A stretch of 64,000 bases of DNA from an uncultured Planctomycetaceae bacterium. Its GTDB lineage: Bacteria; Planctomycetota; Planctomycetia; Planctomycetales; Planctomycetaceae. A program made the translations under genes and the position numbers. This document shows, in pieces, positions 52,615 through 64,000 of this stretch (positions are counted from its first letter, which is position 1; the number at the start of each line of letters is the position of its first letter). The DNA lies in contig CAWFAK010000017.1 of assembly GCA_963813715.1 (NCBI GenBank), forward strand, positions 1 through 64,000, written 5' to 3'. The notes below the pieces were generated by a model. The model was not told the origin of the DNA, made no database searches, and was given only the letters and a program-made list of their open reading frames with translations.

Positions 52615-53118
52615 TCACTGGCTGGCCTGCGATTGCTGCTGAGTCAGTCCCGACTGCAGGGCTTTCTGCTTGGCGGCTTGGATGGCACTGCTGACGAATG
52701 CTTGCTGGTCGCGGACGAGGCGAGTCATCGTGAACGATGCGTCGACCGCCTGCTGCGCCTGCCGGCATTGGACGGTCACCTCAACCTGATTAATCCCCGT
52801 ATGCGCGCCGGGGCTCACATTGACGCTATACGTCCAGCCGTCGAGCCCCGGATCGCTAAACGACGACTCGCCTGACCCGCTGCTGGGAATTGCCCCGCCG
52901 ACGACTTCGGCCATTTTCGTTTGGCACAGCAGGACGGCCTGCGACTGCAATCGCGCCTGGAGGGCCGCCCGCGTGGCCGTCGAGAGAGCCTGCGACAATG
53001 CGGTGATCGCGCCGGCGAAAATGGCCATCGCGATGACCACTTCAAACAGGGTGAGGCCTTGGTGCTGTGAAAAGCCCCCGGCCCTTGCGATGCTGCGGTT
53101 TTTCGCTCGGCGCTTCAT
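52615..53118 (-). CDS. gspI: Pseudopilin GspI-like
   Basis: GLTLFEVVIAMAIF motif; position in the operon. Confidence 0.75.
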   Translation of the reverse strand: MKRRAKNRSIARAGGFSQHQGLTLFEVVIAMAIFAGAITALSQALSTATRAALQARLQSQAVLLCQTKMAEVVGGAIPSSGSGESSFSDPGLDGWTYSVNVSPGAHTGINQVEVTVQCRQAQQAVDASFTMTRLVRDQQAFVSSAIQAAKQKALQSGLTQQQSQASQ

Positions 53119-53814
53119 CAGCGAGCCTCCGTCTCGAGAGTCTTGACGAAGATCTCACCCGTGACTTCGCGGACGGTGATGCGATAACCGGACCCGCGCG
53201 TGTCGACGATCGCGAAGGTGGCGTCGGAGGCAGTGCCGTCGACATGAAAGTAAATTGGATCGGACCAGGTGGCCGACGCGTACTCTTGCGCGGTCGGCAG
53301 CTTTGCCATTCCGGCCTGCCAGCCCGGATCGCCCGAGGCGGGCAGCGGCGGCGAGTCCGGCGGCGGTGCGCTCGACGTGCTCACTTGAAACGAAAGCGTC
53401 TCCGGCAGCGTCCCTGCGACAAACATCCCCGGAGCCAGCGACCGCCCCATCGGAACTCAGGGCCGTTCCCGGAGAACTCAGGACTTCGATGTCGATCGGC
53501 ACGGCCACGTAGCGGCGGCCCCCCGGCTCGAACCGAAACTGATAGGTCGACGTAGCGTCGATCGCGTGCACGCGCGTGCCGGCGAGCGCCGCTTGCACCT
53601 GCTGCGTCCCATCCTTCAGATGATAATTGGCCAGCACTCCCATGACCGACGGCGCGACCGCCCCCGCGCAGATCATCAAAATGCCGATCACGAGCAACAG
53701 CTCGAGCAGGGTGAAGCCGACCCGCGAACGGCCGCGGCGACGGGGCGCGCACCGACCCGCGGCGGGCCAGCTTGCCGCGGATCGAATCTGCCCGGATCGC
53801 GCCCTAACCTGCAT
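53118..53814 (-). CDS. gspH: Pseudopilin GspH/FimT-like; frameshift ~53445
   Basis: GFTLLELLLV; C-terminal PIYFHVDGTASDA..VREVTG. Confidence 0.78.
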
Positions 53815-53844
53815 GAAATTGGCCCTGCCGCTGGCGTGCGACGT

Positions 53845-54291
53845 TTATTGTTCGCTCCAACTGTTGATGTCGTCGCCCGAGCCGTCTTCGTTCTGACGAT
53901 TCGGTCCCGACGACCAGACGGCCGGCTTGTCGCCCTTGCCTTTGCTGGTCGGGTATTCGTAGTACAGCTGCTCGCCCCAGGCGTCCTTCGGCGTGGCGTC
54001 CATGTAGGCGCCGATCTTCTTGCCGTGATAGTCCGCGGCGCTCGTCAACGAGGTGAGCGCCTCGCGGCCGCCCGACGGATACTGCCCGTCGTGGTCGAGA
54101 GCGTACATGGTGAGAATCTGCTGCAGGGTCTTGACGTTGTTGCGGGTCTGCTGCTCATAGGCGGCCTGTTGGCGGCCCAAGAGAGCCGGCACGACGGCCG
54201 CGGCGATCACGCCCAGAATCGCGACGACCAGCAAAACTTCGATCAGGGTAAAGCCCGAACGCTTGGCTCGACGGAGACGCTGGCTACGCAT
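53845..54291 (-). CDS. gspG: Major pseudopilin GspG
   Basis: GFTLIEVLLVVAILGVIAA; PKDAWG..YEYP; SSGPNRQ..DDINSW. Confidence 0.92.
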   Translation of the reverse strand: MRSQRLRRAKRSGFTLIEVLLVVAILGVIAAAVVPALLGRQQAAYEQQTRNNVKTLQQILTMYALDHDGQYPSGGREALTSLTSAADYHGKKIGAYMDATPKDAWGEQLYYEYPTSKGKGDKPAVWSSGPNRQNEDGSGDDINSWSEQ

Positions 54292-54407
54292 GTTTCCAAT
54301 CCTTTCGAATGGCACGGGTTGAGGGTTTGTTGGCAAAACCGGGGGGTTCGGTTTCAGTTTTGGGCTTTCAGAATTCACAAACAATGTCTTTGTTTTTTCA
54401 GCAACGT

Positions 54408-55617
54408 TTAGAACACCGTCGACGACTGCAGAATCGGCAGCAACAGCGCCACCACGACGAAGAGCACGATTCCCGCCATCACGGTGAGCATGATCGGTTC
54501 GAGCATTCGCACGAACATGTCGAGCGTTCGGTTGGTCTGCCGCTCGAGCGTGTCGGCGACGTCGATCAGCACCTGTTCGAGGTTGTTGGCTTCTTCGCCG
54601 ACGGCGATCATCTCCACGATTTCCGCGGGGAACTCACCGCACTGCGATAAAGGATCCGCCAGCGATTTACCGGTCGAGACGTTGTCGGCCGCATTGCTGA
54701 TGGCCGCCGCCAGAACCTTGTTGCCCGTCGCGTCCTTGGCGATTCTCAGGCTTTCGAGAATGGGAACGCCGTTCTTCAAGAGCGTGCCCAGGATGCGGCA
54801 GAACCGCGAAATGGCAAAGTTGCGGAAAATCGGACCGGCGCCGACGATTCGCAGCCGCGCCTTGTCGAACCAGAGCCGACCCGCATCGGTCTGGGCAAGC
54901 CGCCACAAGTAGGCCCCGAGACCGCCCCCGACCAACAGCAGGATCAGTCCGTATTGCTGCAAGGTTTCGCTCAGCCACAAGAGCCACGTCGTGGCGGCGG
55001 GCAGGCTCCCTTTTTGCGACATTCGCTCGAAGATTGGCGTGAATTTGGGGACGAAGAAGGTCAACATCGCCGTGACGACGGCCGTCCCCATCACCACGAG
55101 GAACGCCGGGTAAACCATGGCGCCGACGACGCGGCTCTTGAGCATTTCCTGGTGGTCGGTGAAGTCGGCGATCCGCTTCAGCACGTCTTCGAGGAAGGCC
55201 CCTTCTTCGCCTGCGCGGACCATGCTCACCGCCAGGTCGTTGAAGACCTTGGGATGTTTGCGCATGGCTTCGCCGAGCCGCGTTCCTTCGGCGACGTCCT
55301 GCCGAACCACTTCCAGCACCGCTTTGAGCGACGACTGTCCGGCCTTGCGTTCAAGGAGCTCCAGGGACCGCAGCAGCGGAACGCCTGAGCGGAGCAAGTC
55401 CGACAACTGGCTGTACGCGATTGCCAGGTGCTTGGGGCGCACGCGGCGCGTGCCGCACCTTGCGTTGGGCCACGGCCGCGGGCGCCAGGTGCAGCCGCAG
55501 GGGAAAGAGCGCCTTGCCCGCCAACTGGCTGAGCGCTTCCTGTTCGGTGCCAGCGGACAGGACTCCCGTGACCTGCTTGCCGCCGGCGGCCCGTGCTACG
55601 TATTGGAAATCGGACAT
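54408..55617 (-). CDS. gspF: Type II secretion inner-membrane platform GspF; frameshift ~55455
   Basis: QLSDLLRSGVPL, RAGEEG, YPAFL, LKNGVPILESL, MIAVGEE, LEPIM. Confidence 0.93.
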
Positions 55618-55858
55618 GCTCGACCTGACTACCCAGACGCGGCTCGTGCGGCGTTTCGTGTCCGCCCTAATCTCTTTCCGACGATTCGCTCAACGCCCAG
55701 CGACTTCCGGCAAATTCCTTCTGGCGGCTCGGATCCGGTGATCCCCTTCCACCACGAAGCTCAGCGTACCTGGCGGCCGCGGGGATGGCCCCGGCTGAGA
55801 TCCAGACCGGGCAAGGGATCGGCGGCCGCCCCGCGCCCTTCTGCCTGCTCAGCCGGTG

Positions 55859-57541
55859 CTAAAATGACGTCCCCTTTGTGACTCGAAGGACTTCTTCGAG
55901 ACTCGTCGTGCCCTGGCGGCACTTTTCGTAGCCGCTTTGACGCAGCGTCTTCAACCCTTTCTTGAGTCCGTACTGCAGGATGTCGCCCGAGGTGGCCCGC
56001 TCGACGCACATGTGTCGCACAGTCGAATCCGTCATCAACAGCTCGTAAACGCCCGAACGCCCCATGTAGCCCGTCTCGCGACAGACGCGGCACCCCACGG
56101 GGCGAAACAGTTCTTCCGGCACCGGCTGGGGAAAATCGTGCGGTAAATCGTCGGCCGTGGGCCGATAGGCTTGTTTGCAACGCGAGCACAGCAACCGCAC
56201 GAGGCGTTGGGCGAGCACGCCTTCGATCGTGCTGGCGACCAGGTACGGTTCGACGCCCATATCGACCAGTCGCGTAAAGGCGCCGCACGCGTCGTTGGTG
56301 TGCAGCGTGCTGAAGACCAGGTGCCCGGTCAGCGACGCCTGGATGGCGCTCTGCGCGGTCTCGCCGTCTCGGATTTCTCCGATCAGAATCACGTCGGGGT
56401 CGTGACGCAAAATGCTTCGCAGTCCCATGGCAAACGTCAGCCCGATCTTCGAGTGCACCTGGATTTGGCTGATGCCCACCGTGTGATATTCGACGGGATC
56501 CTCGACCGTAATGATCTTAACGGTCGGATCCTTAATGGCATTTAAAGCTCCGTAAAGCGTGGTGGTTTTGCCGCTACCGGTCGGGCCGGTGACCAGAATG
56601 ATGCCGTGCGGCAGGGAGATCAGCTCGCTGAACGGCTTGAGCACGTCCTCGGGCATGCCCACGCCCCTCAAGTCGAACTTCATTCGCTCCTTGTCGAGCA
56701 ACCGCAGCACCACTCCTTCGCCGTAGAGCATGGGGATGATCGACACACGGACGTCGATCTCGCGGCCGGAGACTTTGAGCTTGATGCGGCCGTCCTGCGG
56801 GAGACGCTTTTCGGCGATATTCAGCCGCGACATGATTTTCAGTCGCGTGACGATCGCCGCGTAAAACTGGTTGATCTCCTGCGGGACGGGTTGCACGCGG
56901 AGCATGCCGTCCAAGCGGAAGCGGACGGTCAGGCCGCTTTCCTGCGGCTCGATGTGCACGTCGCTCGCCTGCAGCTCGAGGGCTTCGACCAAGAGTTCGT
57001 TGACGAGCCGAATGACCGAGGCCGACTGGGCGATTTCCGCCAGGTCGCCGGCCCCGTCTCCCTGGTCGGAGACGACCTCGATCCCTTCTTCCAGGCTGCG
57101 GGAGACGAGCTCGTTGATCGTGTCGCCGCCGACGCCCAGGTGCTCTTTGATCCGCTGCAGAACGTCGTCGCGGCGGGCGAGAACCGGGTCGAGCCGAAAG
57201 CCCGAGAGAGCGCTCAGCTCGTTGAGGGCCTCCAGGTTGAACGGGTCGTCGATGGCGACTTTGACTTTGCCGTTCGTTCGGCTGATCGGAAGCACAGCAT
57301 GCCGGAAGACCGCCGACGTGGGAAACTTCGCCAGCAGGGTGCGATCGATCTCAATCGACTGAAGATCGACGAATTTGAGACCCAGGGCCTCTGCGAGAGC
57401 TTTGAGGGCGTCTTCCTCGGTGACGATCCCCTGCTCCACTAGCAGCTGATCGATACGCCGACCGTTCGCCTGCGGAACAGCGGCATCGAGCTGATCGCGC
57501 GTGACAAGTCCGCGTTTTACGAAAAGTTCACCAATATCCAC
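55859..57541 (-). CDS. gspE: Type II secretion ATPase GspE/PilB
   Basis: [51 protein letters not shown], tetracysteine motif. Confidence 0.95.
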   Translation of the reverse strand: MDIGELFVKRGLVTRDQLDAAVPQANGRRIDQLLVEQGIVTEEDALKALAEALGLKFVDLQSIEIDRTLLAKFPTSAVFRHAVLPISRTNGKVKVAIDDPFNLEALNELSALSGFRLDPVLARRDDVLQRIKEHLGVGGDTINELVSRSLEEGIEVVSDQGDGAGDLAEIAQSASVIRLVNELLVEALELQASDVHIEPQESGLTVRFRLDGMLRVQPVPQEINQFYAAIVTRLKIMSRLNIAEKRLPQDGRIKLKVSGREIDVRVSIIPMLYGEGVVLRLLDKERMKFDLRGVGMPEDVLKPFSELISLPHGIILVTGPTGSGKTTTLYGALNAIKDPTVKIITVEDPVEYHTVGISQIQVHSKIGLTFAMGLRSILRHDPDVILIGEIRDGETAQSAIQASLTGHLVFSTLHTNDACGAFTRLVDMGVEPYLVASTIEGVLAQRLVRLLCSRCKQAYRPTADDLPHDFPQPVPEELFRPVGCRVCRETGYMGRSGVYELLMTDSTVRHMCVERATSGDILQYGLKKGLKTLRQSGYEKCRQGTTSLEEVLRVTKGTSF

Positions 57542-57845
57542 GGACAGTTGCCTCGCGGGAGGGAGCCACCCCGGTTTTAGAGAGCTAATCTCTCTAGGGA
57601 AGCGACAGGGCGGTCAACACTGAGAGCCGCGGGGAGCAGCTCCGAAGGTGTCAGGGGTCGCTGCAAAGGTCGTTTTGAAAAGGTACTTCCTAAGATCCTA
57701 CGCTCGCTCAGACAGGCAAGCAAGGGTGACCTTCGTCTTCGGAACTAGAGACGCAGAAACACCTTCAGGTAGAATTCAGCGTTGCATAATGGATTTGGGC
57801 AATGCAATACTTTTATCTGTTCCATTGACCCAAAGAGGGGGTGAG

Positions 57846-60800
57846 ATGAGTCGCCACGCTGTGCAAAAAGTTCTCGTGCTGGCCTTGTTGTTTGCGCTGG
57901 CCGCTCCTCCGATGACCGCTTTTGGGCAGCCGTATCCCGGTGGTGGCGGCGGACCCGGGGGATTTGGCAGAGGGCGGCGAATACGCGGCGGGAATTGGGG
58001 AAACATGTTCCCCAACGGCATGCCCACTCCTCCCACGGCCACTCCTGCGACGGAAGAACCGAAAAAAGACGAAAAGAAGGACGAGAAGAAAGACGCTCCC
58101 AAGGAGCCGACCGGCCCGCCTCCGGTGATTCGGCCGCCTGCGATGGATAATCCGGCTGTGCTGGAAACGCAGAAGATGCGGGTCGACGACAAGAAGCACG
58201 ACGTCAGCTTCAACTTTCAGGAAGCCCCGTGGCCCTTCGTGCTCGACGAGGTGGCCCGCGTCTCGAACATGACCCTCGACTGGCAGACTCTGCCGGGCGA
58301 TTCGCTGAACCTGCGTTCCAGCGGACGCTACCCGATCGCCCAGGCGCGCGACGTCGTCAACGCCCAGCTGTTGGCCCGCGGCTACTCGATGCTGGTCGAC
58401 AACAAGTCCCAGTCGATCAACGTCGTCAATCTCGACAGTCTCACCACCGCGCTCGTTCCACGAGTCGCTCCCGAAGACCTGGAAAACTTGCCGCCCCACG
58501 ACCTCGTGAAGGTCTCGTTCCATCTTGATTGGTTGCCGGCCGACAAGGCCGTCGACGAGTTCAAGCCGATGCTCTCGCCGAAGGGGAAACTCTTCCCCTT
58601 GAAGGCCACCAACCGGCTCGAGGCGATCGACGCGGTCGAAAACTTGCGCGAGATCTCCAAACTGCTCGACGAAGAACAGAACGGCAAAGGCGACCACGGC
58701 GTGAAGATCTTCGAGCTGCGCTATACCCGCGCGGCCGACGTCGTCGACCAGCTGCAAAGCTTCCTGAACTTGAAGAAGGACCAGCCTGCCGGTGCGGCGC
58801 CGCAGGGCGGGCAGCAATCGATGATGGCGATGGCCATGCAGATGCAGCAGCAACAACAGAACCAGCAACAGCAGGCCGCACAGGCGAGTGCGCAGCCGAA
58901 GCCGGAAATTCGCCTCTTGGCGCTGCAGCGCAATAACAGCGTGCTGGTGAACGCTCCGCCCGACCAGATGGGTATCATCCGTTCGGCGATCTTCAACATC
59001 GACGTGCCGTCCGAACGCGCCTCGTTGGCGGGGAACGGGACGCTCTTCCACGCTTACCGGCTCGCGACGCTCGATCCGGAATCGATGATCAGCATGCTGG
59101 AGGCCGTCGCCGATCTCGACCCGCAGACAAAGCTGGAGGTCGACAAGAAGAACCGCACGGTTATCGCCTACGCGAGTCCCCGGGATCAGCAGGTCATCGC
59201 CGCGATGGTGCAGAACCTCGACGGCACCGATCGCTTGCTGCACGTGATCCGGCTCCGCAAGCTGGATGCCGACATGGTCGCCGGCACGATCCGGGCGCTG
59301 CTCGTCGACGAAAAAAAGCAGGATAACAACAACAACGGCGGCGGATTCGGCTTTGGTCGCCGTTTCTTCGGCGGATTCGGTCAGCAGAACCAGCAGGAAG
59401 AACAGCCGACCACGAAGTTCCGCATCGAAGCGGACGTGGTCGCCAATCGCTTGCTCGTCTTCTCCAACAAGATCGAGCTCGATCAGGTCGAAAACATGCT
59501 CGCCCAGCTGGGTGAGGTGCCACCGAAAGAGGGCAGCGCCGAGACGATGCGTGTGCTTGACTTTGGCGCCGGCGACGACGAGCAGCAGCTCTTGGAGCGT
59601 CTCCGCCGGGCGTGGCCCTCGATGGGCAAAAACGGCAACAAGCTGATCATCGATGTGCCTCCGAAAAAACCCACCGAGCCGGCTCCGGCAGACACGAACA
59701 AGCAACAGCCGGCTCCCAAAAAGGACTCGGCCACGGCACCGTCCGCTTCGACGAGCGAACCCGCGGCGTCACGACCCAACGCGCAAAAGGCGGAAATCCG
59801 CATGGCCGGTCTCGAGCGCGGGACGCAGTTGGCGCAAGCCGACGCCAAGTCGGCTCCCGCCGACAGCAAGACTGAGAGCACGCCAAAACCCTCCATGGCC
59901 ACGCCGCCGAGGATAAACCAAGAGCGCGATCCCCGACGAAACGGCTTTCGGCGGGGCCGCATGCCGCGCCGGCTGCCGGAGGCTGTCGACGCGCCCGCTC
60001 CCGAGGCACAGTCGGCCGCGAAGCGGCCCGCCGACAACTCAGTTCCGGGCGATCCGATCTACATCACCCGCGGGTCCGACGGTCGGCTGCTCATCTCTTC
60101 TCGCGACACGCGGGCCTTGGATGATCTCGAAGAGATCATGGCGCGCCTCGCCCCGCCGCGGAAGGATTATGAGATCTTCGCCCTGCAATTCACGACGGCT
60201 GCCTCGATGCGGATCATGCTGGACGATTTCTTTTCGGTCGAAAAGAAGGAATCGGCGGCCGATCAGCGCATGCGCCGCTGGTCGTTTGGGACGACGATTC
60301 AACGACAACAAGAAGGACGACACGCCCCGCCTCTCGCAGCGCAAGCCGCTCAAGTTCATCGACGACGACGCGACCAATTCGATCCTCGTGCAAGGGGCGT
60401 CGGCCGATCAACTGCGGCGGATCGGCGACATCATCAAGATTTACGATCGACCGGAAAAGCCGAACTCGCGGCAATCGCGGATCACCCAAATCTTTCAGAT
60501 CAAGCACAACAAGGCGTCGGTCATCTCCGACATGGTCAAGGAACTCTACAAAGATTTGCTGAGTGCCAACGACAAGGCCCTGGAAAGCTATAACCAGACG
60601 AAGAGCCAGGGGGGCGGGCGTGGCGGACGCTTTACCACCATTCTCGATTTCGGCGACCACGAGGACGACGGCAAGCTGAACCAGGGGCGGTTCAAAGGTT
60701 ATTTGTCGCTTGCCGCCAATGATGCCACCAATACGATCATGGTCTCCTGCCCGGCCGTGCTGATGCCAAACATCGAACAAATGGTGGAACGGCTCGATCA

Positions 60801-61048
60801 GGCCGCCGTTCCCGTGGCACAAAGCATTCAGATGATCAAGATCAACAGCGGCATCGACTCCGAAGGCGTTGCAGAAGAAGCTCACAGAGCTGTTGAAGCC
60901 GACGACGACGCAAGGCGAGGTCAAGACGGGCGAGACGCCGGCCGGTCAAACGCCCGGTGGCCAAGGCCAACGTCGCGGCGGCGGCAACGGTGGTGGTGGG
61001 GGGGGCCGTGGGGGTGGTGGACGCGGCAACGGCGGCGGCAACGAGTAA
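57846..61048 (+). CDS. Secretin N-terminal-domain repeat protein with no recognisable C-terminal secretin barrel; 2 frameshifts (~60288, ~60868)
   Basis: Signal peptide, N0 (SFNFQEAPW..V) and multiple N1/N3-like repeats (LRYTRAADV..L, D..TNSILVQG); ends in a Gly-rich tail. Confidence 0.8.
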
Positions 61049-61485
61049 CGCTCCGCGCTGATCCAAACAACCAGAAATTGCGTGTGAGGGCGATCCGTTA
61101 CGGCGGACCGCCCTCACGCTGTTTTAGGACGGCGCAGTTGGACCACCCTGCTGGACCCCGCTGTCGGATTGCGTGCAAGAGCGTCGCACTCATCGGTCGA
61201 CATTTCGGTCGGACGTTGTGTCCTTTGGGAGTTTGTCCTTTCGCGAGCCTGTTCGCTTCCGCGCAAATTCGGCGCGCTGCCATGCGCATTCCCGCGGGAA
61301 TTGTCCGCGCACCGCGGTGTGTCGTTCGTTAGCGCATACGCGCGTTTCTGGTGAGCACGCACCGACTTGCTGAATGCAATTGCGTTTTTCGCGCGCTCAC
61401 TGGCATACTTGAGCCGTGCCTCGGCCGCTCCGTGATTTTTTGCGGGGCGAGAGTCGGTTCGACGGTTCTGGAGAAGGAGAGGACG

Positions 61486-62541
61486 ATGCGGCCGTTCGAG
61501 AATTGTCCAGATTGTGCCGACGGAGAATTGTCGGCAGTCAATCGCCGCCAGTTTGTCAAAACAATCGGCGTCACCGCAGTCGCCGCATCGAGCGTTTCGC
61601 TCACGGGGACTGCATTTGCCAAAGAAGCTGCCGGCTCCGGCAACGCCGCGCGGCCCGAAACGTTCGCTCAAAAGCTTTATGCCTCCCTCACGCCGACGCA
61701 GCGGCAGAAAATCGCCTTCCCCTGGGACTACACCGACAAGCGCGGTCTCCTGCGGATGCACGTTGAGAACAACTGGCAGATCACCGAAGAGAAAGTCGCC
61801 AGCGACTTCTTTACCAAGGACCAGCAGGACATCATCGAGGCGCTTTACTTCGGCCTCTACAATCCGGACTGGAAAGACCGCATCAAGAAGCAGCTGGCCG
61901 ACGACGCCGGCGGCTACGGCCAGGCCCAGTCGATCGCCATGTTCGGCACGCCTGAAAGCGGCAAATTCGAGTTCGTCATGACGGGCCGCCACCTGACGAT
62001 CCGTTGCGACGGCAATTCGTCCGGCCACGTCGCCTTCGGCGGGCCTATCTTTTACGGCCACGCGGCCCAGGGCTTCAACGAGAAGGCCGACCATCCGGGG
62101 AACGTCTTCTGGCATCAGGGGCTCAAGGCCAACGCGCTCTTCAAGATGCTCGACGGGCGACTCCGGAAAGAGGCGCTGATCGCGCAAGCGCCGAAAGAAA
62201 GCCGCGTGCAGTTCCGCGATCGCAACAAGATCGAAGGTCTGCCGGCCTCGGAGCTGTCAGCCGACCAGAAGGCCCATCTCAAGGGGGTGCTGGAATCGCT
62301 CATCGAGCCCTACCGCACGTCGGACCGCGATCATGTCATTCGCTGTCTCGACGCGCAGGGCGGCCTCGACGCGTGCCGCATCGCCTTCTATCAATCGGGG
62401 GATATCGGCAACGACCAGGTGTGGGACATCTGGCGGCTGGAAGGGCCCTCATTCGTCTGGCACTTCCGCGGCAGTCCCCACGTGCACGTCTGGGTGAATG
62501 TGGCGGATGATCCTTCGGTGCGGATCACTGCCGTCGGTTGA
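61486..62541 (+). CDS. DUF3500 domain protein with a Tat-like signal
   Basis: NRRQFVK; LTPTQRQK, TGRHLTIR, FGGPIFYG, WRLEGPSFVWHFRG.PHVH. Confidence 0.8.
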   Translation: MRPFENCPDCADGELSAVNRRQFVKTIGVTAVAASSVSLTGTAFAKEAAGSGNAARPETFAQKLYASLTPTQRQKIAFPWDYTDKRGLLRMHVENNWQITEEKVASDFFTKDQQDIIEALYFGLYNPDWKDRIKKQLADDAGGYGQAQSIAMFGTPESGKFEFVMTGRHLTIRCDGNSSGHVAFGGPIFYGHAAQGFNEKADHPGNVFWHQGLKANALFKMLDGRLRKEALIAQAPKESRVQFRDRNKIEGLPASELSADQKAHLKGVLESLIEPYRTSDRDHVIRCLDAQGGLDACRIAFYQSGDIGNDQVWDIWRLEGPSFVWHFRGSPHVHVWVNVADDPSVRITAVG

Positions 62542-63157
62542 TCCGCGCGGGCCAAATTAAAGATTGCCCGCGTCGGCAGAGACCGTTATGCTGTGACGCT
62601 CTTGCGTGGCCCACATGATGGGGCCGGTCGTTCGAAAAGATTTCGAGGCAGTTGCAATTGGGCGCGGCACACGTGACTGGGGCCATTCGTCACATCTCGC
62701 TTGCGGGCCGCGCTCGTTGCGGCTGCGGCCGTCGTGCGCGGATCGCAACGCTGCCACTCGTGCGCCGTCGCGCCGGTCCGCGAACACGTTCGTTTGTTCG
62801 CAGCCATTGATTCGCTTGCGCCATCTCTCGCTCTGTTTCGGGCTGAATCGCAGTGTTTGAGGAAATGCCGGGCCGTTAGACAGACGCATTTGACGGATTA
62901 GACAAGACGCACTCACGGAATCGATGCCGTCCCACATTTGGGACGAATTTCGCGGACGCACCCCGGACACCACCGGGGAAGAGCCGCGAGAGAATTCGAC
63001 AGGGCCGAGGCCAACTGTGAGACAGGGATCACCGGGCCCGGGGATAACCCGGGTGGGCAGCCGCGAATCACTGGAGAAATCAATCGTGGTGGAACAGTCG
63101 GCATTCACACAATCCGCAGCCGAACCGCGACTTCAACCGCAGTCCAAGAGCCCCGAC

Positions 63158-63983
63158 ATGCTGCGGCTCGCGGTGAATCAGCTCACGACCCTGGCCTGGG
63201 AAGTCGACGACGAGGCCATCGCCTACCACAAAGAGGGCTTTCGTGCCCTGGGGCTCTGGCGGCCAAAGCTCAGCCAGTTCGGTGAAGAGCGGGCGGCGGA
63301 GCTGTTTCGGGAATTGGGGATTTCCGTCTCGAGCCTGTCGTGGGCCGGCGGCTTCACCGGCAGCAACGGCTGGAGCTTTTTGGACTCGCTGGCCGACGCC
63401 CGGGCGGCGATCAAGGCGGCCGCGCTGGTCGGGGCTGAGTGCCTCAATGTCGTCAGCGGGCCTCGGAGCGGACACACCGATAGGCATGCGCGGCGACTGA
63501 TCTCCCAGGCGCTCGCCATTCTGGCCCCCGAGGCGGCCGACGCAGGCGTGACGCTGGCCCTGCAGCCCATGCATCCCGATTTCTCCCGTTCGTGGACTTT
63601 CGTGAATGCGCTCGATGCCACATTTGAGGTCATCAGTAACATCGAGCCGCCCGTGAAGATCGCCTTCGACGTCTATCACCTCTGGAACGAGCGGCGGCTG
63701 CTCTCGCGGATTCCCGAATTGGCGCCGCACGTGGCGCTCGTGCAGCTGTGCGACGCTTGGCGCGGCCATCGCGGCGGCCGCCGCATGCTGGGTGACGGAG
63801 AGATTCCTCTCTCGGCGATCGTGCAGGCGTTCGACGCGGCTGGGTACGCCGGCTACTATGAGCTGACGACCTGGTCGAGGCTGCTGTGGCGACAAGAACT
63901 ACTGCGAACTGTTGCGCGAATGTCGAGCCCGCTTCGACAATCTCTGCCGCCGGCCGGTCCCCGCCGCACTCGCCGGCAACTGA
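63158..63983 (+). CDS. Sugar phosphate isomerase/epimerase (xylose isomerase-like TIM barrel); likely frameshift ~63895
   Basis: MLRLAVNQLTT..., SLSWAGGFTG, LALQPMHP, FDVYHL, VQLCD, LGDGEIPL, GYYE; missing from the ORF track because the first frame runs off the window. Confidence 0.85.
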
Positions 63984-64000
63984 TCCCTCCCGAGCCTGCA

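Noticed and set aside
57813..59705. 630-aa minus-strand ORF (and similar shadows at 20679-22175, 47824-49206, 34481-35788)
   Set aside because: Antisense to well-supported genes; V/L/R/D-rich composition typical of shadow frames
732..61048. Programmed frameshifting or stop-codon recoding as the cause of the split genes
   Set aside because: No shared slippery motif, and the continuations lie in different frames in unrelated genes; sequencing error is simpler
62542..63157. Riboswitch or ncRNA in the 600-bp spacer
   Set aside because: Only a short CCCGGG hairpin; no recognisable consensus by eye (an Rfam scan would settle it)

Overview
GC-rich bacterial DNA, most consistent with a planctomycete chromosome. 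This is inferred from the ECF sigma factor/Ser-Thr kinase cluster, DUF3500, hpnH, planctomycete-style T2SS and REP-like palindromes. Positions 1-6200 are the edge of a decayed accessory island: fragments of SPFH, H+-ATPase and histidine phosphatase genes, a site-2 protease/CBS gene, a sigma-like HTH gene and a large serine recombinase with an altered catalytic motif. The rest is mostly core-like: TolC plus an outer-membrane barrel, larB, modAB, hpnH, an RNA pseudouridine synthase, pyrK, an acyl-CoA dehydrogenase, HtrA, thiL, an acyltransferase, a beta-helix protein, a six-gene coiled-coil/FHA/kinase/ECF operon, an M50 protease, yjbQ, a redoxin-Cu-monooxygenase-CBM48 fusion, dusB, a PQQ-propeller, adk, a gspE-F-G-H-I-J-K-L-M-like operon, a divergent secretin-N-only protein, DUF3500 and a TIM-barrel isomerase. 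About 20 genes carry single-base frameshifts, probably long-read assembly errors. The most notable unexplained signals are: (1) two oppositely oriented intergenic arrays of GGGAC/GGGACGGGA (6.2-6.8 kb and 26.6-27.3 kb) that contain canonical G-quadruplex motifs, the second bracketed by a perfect 16-bp inverted repeat; (2) a T2SS whose secretin-like protein lacks the barrel and whose GspM/PilO carries a phage-tail-like insert; (3) a Cu-monooxygenase fused to a glycogen-binding module; (4) an unannotated 47-aa Arg-rich protein with its own terminator. All family calls come from motif recognition by eye; no searches were run.
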